The notes below the pieces were generated by a model that was not told where the DNA came from, searched no databases, and saw only the letters and a list, made by a program, of their open reading frames with translations. A DNA stretch of 64,000 bases, taken from assembly GCA_944349765.1 (NCBI GenBank), contig CALVNN010000001.1, forward strand, positions 87,138 to 151,137. The letters are read 5' to 3'. The stretch comes from an uncultured Clostridia bacterium (GTDB lineage: Bacteria > Bacillota > Clostridia > Christensenellales > UBA1242). Below are positions 51,401 to 57,796 of the stretch, piece by piece; positions within the stretch are counted from its first letter, which is position 1, and the number at the start of each line of letters is the position of its first letter. The translations under genes and the position numbers were made by a program.

Positions 51401-52506
51401 ACATAATCAACGTAGACCAAATCCCTCATGGTGCTTTTGAGCATGCTGAAGACTTAATGATTGTGACATTTAGTGAGAATTTAACATCTATAGGAGCTTA
51501 TGCTTTTAGTTACTGTACCTTTTTAACTAATACTATATTCCCTGATACTTTAGAATCTATTGGAGCTTATGCTTTCAGTGATTGTACGACTTTGACTGAA
51601 GTGGATCTAAGCAATACAAAATTAACTACAATGTCTGATAGTGTATTCAGTGGATGTACATCGTTAGAGGAGATAAAATTACCTAGTACAATCACAACTA
51701 TAGACAATTATGCATTCTACAATTGTGCTAAATTAAAACCAATAGCTTTGAATGGCATAACTTCTTTAGGTGATGGGGCATTTGGAGGTAATCAACTAAT
51801 TGAAACAGTACATATACCTTCAAGTATTACTATAAATGGTAATCCTTATCAGTATTGTACAAATTTGAGCAGTATAACAGAGGATAATACTCGTTATCGA
51901 GTTGAGGGAAGTTGCTTAATACGTGAGAGTGATAACGTGTTAATCATTGGTACTACTTCAGCGCAATACTTACCTACCTCAATAAATAAGATTGGACAAA
52001 GTGCATTTAGAGGTATACCATTAACAACTATTGAAGTACCTCATACAGTATCAGAAATACAATCATACGCCTTCTACGATACTGGATTAATAAGATTTTA
52101 TCACCATTATGAAGACAATGAGTTTATTACTTATGGTGAAAATGTCTTCAAAGATCTTAAGTATGCATTTTTAGACAATTACGTAGATCTAACTAATGAT
52201 GGATCGTTTTCAGCTGACGCTGTGAAAGGTTACCTAGATATTTTAAAAGCTAGCAAGTCGGGGCTTACTCTTGAAAATACATACACAGAGATAGGTAAAA
52301 GAGGTGATGAATTGTATGATGACGTACTAAATGACGCAAATCGAAGTGAGACAGATCTTGGTTATGATATTACAAAGTATTCAGGAGTGGTTGATGGGGA
52401 TACCATTGATTGTTATAGAATAAGGTGGTATAACTATAATCAAGATAGAGTTATGTATGAAGCCTCAGTGTATTATAGTAGTAAATATCTAGATGATAGA
52501 TACTAA
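36475..52506 (+). CDS. Giant surface lipoprotein 2 (5,343 aa): Big_2-like Ig array, repeated cap + GLUG-rung modules, C-terminal BspA-type LRR_5 blocks
   Basis: Uninterrupted 16.0-kb ORF with an AGGAGA RBS. It has a signal peptide and the lipobox FTG|C (Cys codon at 36541). The N-terminal 1,000 aa or so align with giant gene 1 (FRIENEGVI, GTAKLVVF, DLRFSIVGE, IFTAGP). GLUG rungs are present (YIGGLVGYS, SLGGLVGEN, NVGGIVGYN, NVGGLAGYS). Confidence 0.85.
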   Translation: MRGKFACLMVILLSIVTLGFTGCTGGSSNFSFRLSTNEVNIIMGEADESGEVNTQYVTADIENNNSNSSLLFRIENEGVIACEITERLSYRVTFKITALNPGTAKLVVFNADSSNMSDEIIVRVYKHIENVEFVDGFAMYVVKGSTQSIDFDNDLEITPQMSAMEDLRFSIVGEARGLKIGETTGIVDATEAEVGAVTIQVSSAYNPDQTSTAVVNIVEPIEVDEINVVQSGAVNADIMSGGSLLVDNVTLVKTKEDYAYTTLTVTALMHEVGDLTINATTQGRVVQIQQVADNVFIIKALELGDTTITLSFIQNGAEKYLEPVSVDIPFQVIDAPSQINLNGVMVDGSTSVNIYNNYEDTYLGASLRFTLSPTSVLEEHSRIILSLKNLIGLQQLAFFNSKYEPLTMTSEGITITAGDTIYVRADNVEPGEVYTLIALAENTMNYGEPDTWLSVEIELNVLQGITDMYFETSPVIIRKGETKTVSVNVSPVNADVSTLTTSGSNEYFDVVDNGNATYDITAKKTGSSYFTVYRGNGSPITTLVEVYEPLTEMTLETDESYQNVNIGSKEYYDNGELYKVYVALHSTIDLYINYNSGATITDLEIYVDGVLSSNNSTRLTVSKEGESLVRVIIYGYDPETDGTIYSIEKTIRVVGYRPISSISLNILNGVRYNYETVGFYNQTLLSQYTLQALVYPQNATYASDVVWTITDKSNDGLLSGSLSTLSGPSTIFTAGPFESLSDTIIITASVTEFGRSFSQTCTIEVRNATMVDNIVLNNVSNNLLTFDSRKGLGTTDNSFTVSASAYPVNAQNRNLRYSYVHIDDSSSTPIFSVNASGQVIPIRAGTGLLRISAEDSFINATESSRYVDVVVKVLDGQSIENAFHISTPEELMDIGSSVHTMSLYYVLTADIDLKDIDWNPIGTNNKTAFTGYLSGKFEVPELGISTQYSIDNLTINKSLSQNIESYYGLFYRISSNDYMQYSKYEGAPVVGRVEDLSISVNINVDCSDIEQLRNNAEFNVYVGALAGSYVVHNSYNQALLNGSLTERYGIKNVSIINNGFTYSAGKNNAYIGGLVGYSNGLIEYTTKAIGFSGQTIVINDRIEYPTLGTSDTHIYHPKYSLGGLVGENAGVVKGIYTNEINTDNEIEYLTLFESEGVTVTADICGNIGLVNNKDNIKSINSKVGGVVGVSRGILEGLASENTVNGLNNVGGIVGYNTGIIKNCLSASKVNGNENVGGLAGYSSGSVVRSVFEVYETTSLTANDIAVSGFKYVGGLIGYLEDANLQYCYTMSYVTEIDGYYDITVNGDGENIGGLVGYATGSGITQCYSNLNINASEVQDNGVVGTLVGNGSGYSVSYSNTNNIIATYSNAGITAIPGYANGGNITNSYFYVGEGYSINGNTSANSIADVLNAIDSALVYFLSDGNLRYIGTASDTEGVLSQYPLVPKLPTSITAKIKDSNNILSHQVEVNGVKEDVLILQFYDAINPNDQSKLTLSNQVTIGDYLDVSVSPNEGRTTRINVVSGNENVLRVSSDGTLRILSTGYVSLTLSNKVKESVRTVVHIYIVNSITDFTLYSSINTDEGADDLNGTPNNPKLLRLKKDSNQIIVPVFSGYTTSNDGTEIIATKVDENIGVRYTYTKDNGYYNYDVAGATMGDDYIDIDQRFQTILKALAKTNENIVITATPYVYLTNIGGTVLNNEKVLLDELSATFELQVYVGATNMEFDGSVEAEIYSGTTTEVAVVVTTDNYEDVPSLTITDSTNTVVYAQNIKGDTFDVEGLTPTVYYMTVGSSEWILEDLNDTTLAEFYADKDLYAKKFVYNVSLTLPSKFISQNTSYTLSFGVQSNNQLGLEYPITFMPESIHDMYVQTYAYGEVDYFTGQYNPSEESALTIVPGVNGLIEIDINPIYSDYDTILIQSDDIRFEQLIKKNITNSNEYPYVLPGDRLYLTDGITMVKQYFDSNNNIVWGTNGKYYASMALKDSAEDGEEFEIRITVVKNTSSGQQILQQTTLTLVAQNPPGVSINIDGQDGMVADLYLPVGTQNDMNVSLKDFDGANIEWTYTNLDTGMPYTGLEVVQNGDSYSLNISRNALSGDYVEITASATKSIGGATRTTSDSIRVIMVDYVIRDIGFEGVYNSELREVFGGEYPLSLSFENSMFYYDTTNPAIEQAIRDQLARLSSTDYNTWYAYRSGTNGVDVAITNYYSNNYYRAYTLSETDKQLYVTGNYYDDLISNQKRISATLMYYFDRTQRSYVFARNGMENIATRTEDTIHDLYTGSRILNGRVYNVINRVFDLSFYLSTSRENAIPVYNANDLLNMEDDCNYILMNNIVVDSFSPIQADIASLNGNNYTITLRSYIDDTENRAGEKNIGLFETISENCIIENLKLVIDTSKLYIDAEGYDTVTFGTLAAVNEGKIYNCSVEYITSSTPSSAIVDTVISGRQVNMSYDYSTMAVLSNDGEDSTGSMVSANARGIVVQTTLTQIDGAFVTTVIGGLVGDNSGYIVNCTTDVAIHGYGTMGGMVGINNNTIASSKVLGTLNSYTLVNSLSNIGGFVGINNGRINLCYVEGDYNLSSGNAGSVPVEINASCYVGGFVCLNSESGVINNAYANIKIISQDTTAGFVYNNQGSISNAYSTSIVRENSLKAMAFVGVDDLNNINNSGTLDYCYFLRGNYTNQTLQPVNMIDNASDFTDVNTFTNFAFDVNTDGTLIKDSTSSVWSIQNGKPTINSANRVVKGYVTLISQGGENGQIVYNYSALKGATLGSADHPYVIYTPEDFNNFISEVGTNNNKYYVLASDITFEETSMMATTYKVNFHGVFEGNGMVIYNLRLSTKYQDFANANSMGIFASISGRETSSGELERAIVRNLDIYLGEVYGTNLYTTGALAGTIQNAMINNINIYSNGDETVMVQGRNATGVIAGVIKNSIVSDIYIDAGANAGYRQDVASLYLDASTDVSNDYPKPIESGRLASVSYAGALAGIITGDSYVKGVTLGENAKVVADLAGGAVGLIDKEVTCEYITAEVTANNSIKYTTIAGGLVAENRGTLNGAVLTYPDEVMATEQEGVLNETANNNYFNPTITDDDIIISKGITVGGLVGFNNGGNIYNSYTNVSIVGKVLVAGGLVGRSMSGNIESCYSASSIDVGITGINSDSENTYVYTIVGGLIGLVSDGAYNIFDNSEGIIDRFVDDSTKKLKLNNVMAVNNWLISRNYYNPVRTNENGGYYLNFIQGGLIGVVSDESYVTSTFSSYNYYNNGIYAVNSPSVGSERYILTETGFVGGLSKEGSQEFDYFPERLAVYDNKINISADKTRLELNKSNPMERMLMISEGEKVVDEETGTVTYVPFETANGILYGERSYVAAMFIYTSFEFTDMDAKYPTLVGVPDNVLKLENLAPTNDNGQMQISTDRQLKRVRDLINTSTFSNDVYSTNIAGENYLKSGGMNLVLANSIALTEENFTPIGSNTNPFVGTFDGDGYVINNLRTSNHAYTGFFGVIKDSTITDLGLAEDCVIRATNSNVVTGMIGKAVGDCTISKVYSRATYEVSTSGTFAALIGASENNPNEKNTLRIENSYTNFEFVSSYNGETTMNGLLGNSKVNTIINNVYTVATLNYSSNANIQSDYNGFVGTSNNVYLYSSWMRATAVSGKNKSIDVNVLGDVNYPNKVYYYVDSVPYVQQIMSQGARSISNTIEFMSQSFYMIENNWNNSYLWDFSNTWIIEEEYHTYPVLGESEYDSNYYEGIGRYDPYTGWYYIEKEEHIQNLAKLINDGTIRSGASGLTFVLFNDLKVSLSEPIGDYANAFRGTFYGFGHTLTVTWDNTTVNADSTTAYGLFGRMENAILNNLNIKYTNGITLNMSNGATGYLGGVAGLARYGMIDRVTVDMPNTFTLNASNSYSYLGGIVGQTDNEQITRCYVTANLAGSDTDSDYQLRMGGLAGYVKSQNISIVNNMVNIDAQINSVVNNISDTYSGLLFGQIRRVDYVSMIEYNYYDREADSNVINATNQGSLSGTNRTSSGVGNFTYNNSSIWDINNYSWLEGSEDDELKFEIQSITFDMYNLYSEEDPKSTTEVDKLINSASCRVDYTGSALIAPTFEVVYSTPDPDNSESNQDYVYKANTLLNYYVVDKTKETKDGITYAKNLAGEGIYVLSVDTSMVTIEIPDIIELSFGTYDEVSLKKDSFTNGSMGSDTSKINNYARTIILGRSVVDIPTGESNPFQYVSNLSTLRVSSNNSYYSSAINGINYNMIYSLRDSTTLIAGCANTTIPEGVRKIADYAFANSNIGEINFPSSLTQIGNYAFYNCAQLTNINKDDQCNLTSIGNSAFEGCSSLTSFDLGQDLESIGSYAFANTTQITAFVIPASVESIGANAFLGSAWQNSQTTNSTTPYYILNNWIVGTNASNAAATKEKLDLSSLNIIGIADQGLANLSQVTEIIFPAGSSNGIKYIGEGVLLGANSLKSLTIPYLGSTPRLGDNIGYVFGNTDFIWAGVPASLKYINVLEGTIVESAFEGLTINTLNTGDASIEHGALFGITFTSMDEAKPSLTMMMDNSNDYLGNAFGLEEGESMDFTIFASITLTGTLRSGAIIREYIMTGVELNIIATISNGAIVNETINDLSITVNDDCHINQGAISNSIINNVEINDSSSNHNSTKIAEGAFDNVTFDNVTLPYLGGSLNATNATFNYFTETSNLSNSIVHILNGNITANAFSGWYIEELIVDYGVTLSAQCYNDLDVIKLTTPVIDENTTLATLFEGGNVSPYLNFLTFADGSYIVNNYFLGDDKEVKAVGCNIIGLEVPSTVSYSGDELLYIPSLSKIVYVKDTNSKALNRYTNKAGATIITTDTGELPVQRVDKYLVYKKDGKNYLIGAYGKHTDLSDCAQVLKANGIEKITGVYKFAFKLNEELTAITLPEEITTVDYMAFDGCRELTTINADTTFKVPLIKGIGDYGFSSTYVLSNVDLSELTSIGKYAFYYSGIVQANIINVDQIPHGAFEHAEDLMIVTFSENLTSIGAYAFSYCTFLTNTIFPDTLESIGAYAFSDCTTLTEVDLSNTKLTTMSDSVFSGCTSLEEIKLPSTITTIDNYAFYNCAKLKPIALNGITSLGDGAFGGNQLIETVHIPSSITINGNPYQYCTNLSSITEDNTRYRVEGSCLIRESDNVLIIGTTSAQYLPTSINKIGQSAFRGIPLTTIEVPHTVSEIQSYAFYDTGLIRFYHHYEDNEFITYGENVFKDLKYAFLDNYVDLTNDGSFSADAVKGYLDILKASKSGLTLENTYTEIGKRGDELYDDVLNDANRSETDLGYDITKYSGVVDGDTIDCYRIRWYNYNQDRVMYEASVYYSSKYLDDRY
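49260..52100 (+). repeat. LRR_5 (BspA-type) repeat blocks at the C-terminus of giant gene 2
   Basis: The units fit the pattern IP-x-V-x-IG-x-AF-x-C-x-L-T. Examples are IPEGVRKIADYAFAN, LTQIGNYAFYNCAQLT, LTSIGNSAFEGCSSLT, LTSIGAYAFSYCTFLT and LESIGAYAFSDCTTLT. Confidence 0.8.
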
Positions 52507-52537
52507 TACTATTTAATAAAAATTTTTATGTAAAAAT

Positions 52538-52565
52538 CACGAGATTACATCTCTCGTGGTTTTTA
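52538..52565 (+). terminator. Rho-independent terminator of giant gene 2
   Basis: Stem CACGAGA/TCTCGTG followed by GTTTTTA, about 30 nt after the stop. Confidence 0.7.
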
Positions 52566-52700
52566 TATTTTGATAATGGAGTTAAACGCTAATTGATGAT
52601 ATAAATATAAATTAGTAAAATTAACAAGCACACTTTTGTTTCTTTGTAATCATACTTATTTTTATGATATATCTATGTTAGCTTTGACGTGTAGTAATGA

Positions 52701-52738
52701 AAAAGCTTTTAGGCTGATTTGCCTAAAAGCTTTTTTTT
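52701..52738. terminator. Bidirectional terminator (serves degV on the minus strand)
   Basis: 14-bp stem AAAAGCTTTTAGGC/GCCTAAAAGCTTTT flanked by A and T runs. Confidence 0.75.
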
Positions 52739-52751
52739 AGTGTTAATATAT

Positions 52752-53579
52752 TTATATTACAGAGACGATGCCTATTGTGCCGGGACCGACGTGAGCTCCA
52801 AAGAGTGGACCTACTGATTCGGTAGTGATAGGTACGTTAGGAAATCTCTCTTGTACTTTTTGTTTCATAAAGTTTAAAAATTTGCTTTGATGTATGTAAA
52901 GAAGAAGTATCTTCTTTGCATTTTTATTTATATTATTTACCATTTCAATTATGGCTTTGTGTGTGCCAATTACTTTCTTTGAGCAGGATAAGACATTTTT
53001 GTTAAAGGTGAGTATAGGTTTTAGATTTAATAACTTGCCGATAACAGCACTTATTGGCCCTAGCCTACCTCCACGTTTTAAATACTCCAGAGTCTCTGGT
53101 GCAAAATCAAGATTTATTTCTGATTTCATTTGGTCTAAACGATCAGCTATTTCTTGCCTTGTCTTACCGTTTTTAATCATTTCTACTGCTTCTTTTACCA
53201 TAATACCCATAGCTTGCAGGCAAGTTTCGCTGTCTATTACAGTTATTTTATCTTTATCTACTAGATTTTTGGCTAGATTAGCACCATTATTACAACCGCT
53301 TAAATATGAAGCTAGAGTAATGCAGACTACTTCATTTCCTTGATCTAAAATATCTTGAAAGACTTTTTGAAAGGTTTCTACAGATGGTTGAGAGGTCTTA
53401 GGGTAGTCTTTTTTATTGGACATAAGTGTCTCAAAGAATTCATCCCATTCGCCAGGAAAACCTTCCACAAAATCCTTATCTTTAAAGTGCAATCTATATG
53501 GTACGACTGTTATATCGTTTTCGTTGCAATATTCCTTTGTTATATAACTTGCTGAGTCTATTACTAATTTTATTGACAT
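52752..53579 (-). CDS. DegV-family fatty-acid-binding protein
   Basis: 275 aa with an AGGAGG RBS. The layout is typical of DegV (KLVIDSASYI..., TSQPS, GPGTIGI). Confidence 0.85.
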   Translation of the reverse strand: MSIKLVIDSASYITKEYCNENDITVVPYRLHFKDKDFVEGFPGEWDEFFETLMSNKKDYPKTSQPSVETFQKVFQDILDQGNEVVCITLASYLSGCNNGANLAKNLVDKDKITVIDSETCLQAMGIMVKEAVEMIKNGKTRQEIADRLDQMKSEINLDFAPETLEYLKRGGRLGPISAVIGKLLNLKPILTFNKNVLSCSKKVIGTHKAIIEMVNNINKNAKKILLLYIHQSKFLNFMKQKVQERFPNVPITTESVGPLFGAHVGPGTIGIVSVI

Positions 53580-53625
53580 TATTACCTCCTAAATACCGAC
53601 TAGGTATATATCTATTATATCACAG

Positions 53626-56600
53626 CTACGACATATTATCAAGTTTGAATTTTAGGTTATTATATCTTTTTATAGATTGTTGTTTTAATTTTTCAAATAA
53701 TTCATTGGATTGTGTCTTTGTTTGTGTTATTTTGTAGCGATTTTGACTAAGCAGGAAATCATTAAATAGGTCAAAATTTGGTTTACTATCAAGCGATAAT
53801 TTGTGTGTGTTGCCATTATATCTAAATAAATGGAAATATCCTGAGGCTACTGCTTGTTTCATATATTCATTACTCTTTGACATATCTATACCGTGATTTA
53901 TACAAGGAGAGTACGCTATAATAATGCTAGGTCCTTTGTGGGCTTCTGCTTCCATCATAGCGTTTATGCATTGAGCCATATTAGCGCCTAATGATACTTG
54001 TGCTACATATACGTTGTCGTATTGCATAGCCATTTCAGCTAGTGGTTTTTTCAGCATTCTTTTTCCATTAGAGGCAAATTTTGCGCTAGCTCCTGTCGGC
54101 GTACTTTTACTCATTTGTCCGCCAGTATTGCTATATACTTCACTATCAAGCACTAAAATGTTTACATTAGCCCCACTAGCTAGTACGTGATCTAGCCCAC
54201 CAAAACCTATATCATACGCCCAGCCATCACCGCCTATTATCCAGACACTATCATTTTTATTATTTATTTCATTGGCAATCTTTATTCCAAAGCCAAATTC
54301 GGCGTTGTCTTCAAATAAACTATTTGCCCAAGCTGGACCTTTTCCTTCACTATTGGTTGTGTATGGGCAGGTAGGACAAGACCCGCCGTATATACTGCTA
54401 CAGCCTGTGGCATTGGCAATGATCATTTTATCTCTAAAAAGTTGCGTTAATAACTTAATATAAGGAGTCTCACCACATCCAGCACACGCCCCGCTAAATT
54501 CAAATAATGGTCTCTTAAGCTGTGAACCTTTAATAGAATTTAGAGGGTATATCATTTCATTGTCTCCAAGGCTTAAAGAGTAGTTGTAATTTGTGTCATC
54601 AAGATTTGCATTATCTACTGGTATCATTTCGAGTGCCTTGTTTTTAGCTGGGCAGACCCTAGCACACACCCCACAACCGGTGCAATCTTTCGGGTCAATT
54701 TCTATCCTAAAAGCCAGATTTGGATGGCCTGGCACATCTAATGTTTCATATCCTACTGGAGCATTCTCAAGTTTATCTTTATTAACTAGTATAGGTCGTA
54801 TTGTAGCATGTGGACAACTCAAGGCACACATATTACATTGTATACAATTTTCTTTTTTCCAAAATGGTAGTGCCGTTGTTATTCCACGCTTTTCAAATTT
54901 GCTTGTGCCAGTAGTTGAGTGTCCATCAAGCGAGAAGCTACTTGTAGACAACTCATTTCCTTTTAATTTATTTACAGGCTCAATAAAGTCTACATATATT
55001 TTTTCATTGCAAGCTGATTTAGCTACAAGACCTTTGCTTGCATCAAGTTTGCTGGTGTCAATTCTCTTTACGCTAGCTCCCATATCTATGGCTTTGTAAT
55101 TGTTATTTAATATTTCTTCGCCTTTCTTCGAATAATTTGCTTTGGCTTGCTTCTTTAATTCTTCTTTGCATAGATCATAATCTAAAATATCTACTACCTT
55201 AAAAAATGCCGATTGCATAACTGTGTTGATTTTATTTTTTAAACCACATTCATATGCTATCTTACTTGCATTAATTGTATAAACATTAATTGACTTACTT
55301 TTGATAATTTCTATTACTTCTTTAGGTAATTTGCTATTTAGGTTATCCTCATCATAAGGGCAATTCAAAAGGAGAGTGCCATTTGTCTTTATTGTATCTA
55401 AAATATTATATTTGTATAAGAAATTAAAATTATGGCACGCAACAAAATCACATTGACTTGTGAGTTCAGAAGATATTGGTTTTTCACTGATTTTTAAATG
55501 ACTTATAGTTAGACTTCCGCTCTTTTTGCTGTCATATTCAAAATATCCTTGTACATTTAGATCAGTATGGTCGCCTATTATTTTTATTGAGCTTTTGTTT
55601 GCACTTACAGTACCGTCACTTCCTAAGCCATAAAATCTCATTTCTTTGTATAAGTAGGATCTTATGATATTGTGAGGTGTTACTTCCAATGATGTATTGT
55701 TGATATCATCATTTATTCCGATTGTAAAATGATTTTTTAAGGTTGCTTCCATATTTTCAAATACAGCTATAGCCATATCAGTCGTAAAATCTTTTCCACC
55801 TAAACCATACACACCACTTAGGATATCAATATTTGGTATAGACCTACGTACTTCCAAAGTTAATGCACCCTCAATAGATGTCTTGTCTAAATATCTTTCA
55901 AGAACTGTGATTTGTTTTGTACTTTTTGGTAGAGCACTTATAAATGCTTTCGAGTCAAAAGGTTTAAAAAGCCTAACAACTATTACGCCATAATCATTAC
56001 GGATGTTGTTTAAGTAATCACAAGCATCTATACATACACTACTTCCGCTTCCCATAATCACAATCACCTTACTTGCTGTTGGCGAGCCGTAGTAATCAAA
56101 TATATGATATTGTCTTCCAGTTAATTTGTAAAAATCATTCATAATTTCTTGAACTTGATTAGGTAAATTGGCGTATTTGTCTAGTCCAAGTATTCTATTT
56201 TGAAAGAATACATCGGCATTTTGTGTTGTGCCAAAAATTACAGGATTTTCTGGGGACAATGCACGCTTTTTAAATCTTTCAATATCGTCCTTACTTACTA
56301 ATTTATTAATTATTTCATCATCTATGAGCTCTATTTTTTGTACTTCGTGTGAAGTTCTAAACCCGTCAAAAAAGTGTAAAAAAGGTATTGATGATTTGAA
56401 ACTTGCCAAAAAACTAATTAGTGCGAAGTCGTGACAAGCTTGCACATCGCTCGCATTTAAAAGGGCAAAACCAGTCCCGAGTGTTGCCATAACATCCGAA
56501 TGATCGCCAAAAATATTGAGTGCGTGGGTAGCTAAAGATCTTGACGCTACATTTATTACGCATGGCAAAAATTCACCAGCTATTTTGTACATATCAGGAA

Positions 56601-56871
56601 TCATCAGTAGTAATCCTTGACTAGCTGTGAAAGTAGTGGTAATTGCTCCACCTAGTAACGCTCCATGCATAGCTCCAGCGACACCTGCCTCACTTTGCAT
56701 TTGAATAAGTTTAAGCGGTTTATCGTATGCATTTAGTTTGTTTTCGCTTGCCCATTCATCACATAGCTCAGCCATAGGTGAGGAGGGCGTGATTGGATAA
56801 ATACAAGCTAATTCATTTAATTTGTAAGCAATCATTGCTACAGCTGTATTGCCGTCTATTGTCTTCTTCAT
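53626..56871 (-). CDS. nifJ: Pyruvate:ferredoxin (flavodoxin) oxidoreductase
   Basis: 1,081 aa with two 4Fe-4S motifs (CIQCNMCALSCPHA and CTGCGVCARVCP) and the TPP motif GGDGWAYDIGFGGLDHVLASGANVNILVLDSEVYSNTGGQ. Confidence 0.92.
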   Translation of the reverse strand: MKKTIDGNTAVAMIAYKLNELACIYPITPSSPMAELCDEWASENKLNAYDKPLKLIQMQSEAGVAGAMHGALLGGAITTTFTASQGLLLMIPDMYKIAGEFLPCVINVASRSLATHALNIFGDHSDVMATLGTGFALLNASDVQACHDFALISFLASFKSSIPFLHFFDGFRTSHEVQKIELIDDEIINKLVSKDDIERFKKRALSPENPVIFGTTQNADVFFQNRILGLDKYANLPNQVQEIMNDFYKLTGRQYHIFDYYGSPTASKVIVIMGSGSSVCIDACDYLNNIRNDYGVIVVRLFKPFDSKAFISALPKSTKQITVLERYLDKTSIEGALTLEVRRSIPNIDILSGVYGLGGKDFTTDMAIAVFENMEATLKNHFTIGINDDINNTSLEVTPHNIIRSYLYKEMRFYGLGSDGTVSANKSSIKIIGDHTDLNVQGYFEYDSKKSGSLTISHLKISEKPISSELTSQCDFVACHNFNFLYKYNILDTIKTNGTLLLNCPYDEDNLNSKLPKEVIEIIKSKSINVYTINASKIAYECGLKNKINTVMQSAFFKVVDILDYDLCKEELKKQAKANYSKKGEEILNNNYKAIDMGASVKRIDTSKLDASKGLVAKSACNEKIYVDFIEPVNKLKGNELSTSSFSLDGHSTTGTSKFEKRGITTALPFWKKENCIQCNMCALSCPHATIRPILVNKDKLENAPVGYETLDVPGHPNLAFRIEIDPKDCTGCGVCARVCPAKNKALEMIPVDNANLDDTNYNYSLSLGDNEMIYPLNSIKGSQLKRPLFEFSGACAGCGETPYIKLLTQLFRDKMIIANATGCSSIYGGSCPTCPYTTNSEGKGPAWANSLFEDNAEFGFGIKIANEINNKNDSVWIIGGDGWAYDIGFGGLDHVLASGANVNILVLDSEVYSNTGGQMSKSTPTGASAKFASNGKRMLKKPLAEMAMQYDNVYVAQVSLGANMAQCINAMMEAEAHKGPSIIIAYSPCINHGIDMSKSNEYMKQAVASGYFHLFRYNGNTHKLSLDSKPNFDLFNDFLLSQNRYKITQTKTQSNELFEKLKQQSIKRYNNLKFKLDNMS

Positions 56872-56980
56872 AATAATCCTTTTTTTTAGAAATGTTTGAT
56901 TTTATTATACAATTTTTATTTCATTTATGCAAATTATTTGATATAATATCTAAGTTGATTTAATCTTTTTAGGTGAATTT

Positions 56981-57712
56981 ATGAGAATAAAATTAATTAT
57001 TCAATATGATGGGCGAAAATATTTTGGCTGGCAACGCCAAAGCAGTGAACCTAATACAATCCAAGAGATACTTGAAAATTCTTTGCAAAGTGTATTAAAT
57101 GAAAAAGTAACTCTTGAGGCTAGTGGTAGGACAGATGCTGGAGTAAGTGCATACGCGCAAGTGGCACATTTTGATACTAATTCGTCCGTGCCAGTAAATA
57201 GGCTTCCGTATATGTTAAAAAATATACTGCCAGATACCATTTCCGTACTTGATGCTGAGGTGGTAGATGATGATTTTCATAGTAGATTTGATGTCAAGAA
57301 AAAGACTTATGTTTATAAGTTATATATAAGTAAGTTACCGTTACCGCTTAAAGGTGACAGGTTACAAATAAAACATAACTTAGATATTGATGCTATGAAA
57401 AAAGCTTGTGAGTATTTTATAGGTGAGCATGACTTTACCTCTTTTACAAAAGCTGAAAGTGTGAAAGAAAATTGTGTAAGAAATATTTTTGATTGTCGTA
57501 TAGAAAGTCGTGACTCTAATATAGATGTATATGTCACTGGTAGTGGCTTTTTGCATAATATGGTTAGAATTATTGTGGGGACACTTGTAGCCGTTGGAGA
57601 GTCTAAGCTGCCGCCAACTGGTATTCAAGATATTTTACGTGCAAAAGATAGGACTAAAGCTTTTAAGACACTACCGCCATATTATTTGTATTTGTATAAT
57701 GTAGAATATTGA
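56981..57712 (+). CDS. truA: tRNA pseudouridine(38-40) synthase
   Basis: 243 aa with the catalytic motif SGRTDAGVSA and the GSGFLHNMVRIIVG block. This is the only gene in the window that ends in TGA. Confidence 0.92.
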   Translation: MRIKLIIQYDGRKYFGWQRQSSEPNTIQEILENSLQSVLNEKVTLEASGRTDAGVSAYAQVAHFDTNSSVPVNRLPYMLKNILPDTISVLDAEVVDDDFHSRFDVKKKTYVYKLYISKLPLPLKGDRLQIKHNLDIDAMKKACEYFIGEHDFTSFTKAESVKENCVRNIFDCRIESRDSNIDVYVTGSGFLHNMVRIIVGTLVAVGESKLPPTGIQDILRAKDRTKAFKTLPPYYLYLYNVEY

Positions 57713-57796
57713 TATATTAGTTATTATTAAACAAGAGGTATAAAGTTGACTTTTGATGGTCAATGTGATAATATTTGATTTGTTAAGGAGAAATAT

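Noticed and set aside
52951-56434. ORFs antisense to or overlapping degV and nifJ. These are 52951-53343, 53355-53555, 53498-53737, 54272-54463, 54593-55099 and 56228-56434.
   Set aside because: The opposite strand encodes full-length, motif-bearing DegV and PFOR. The antisense translations have no motifs and no RBS.
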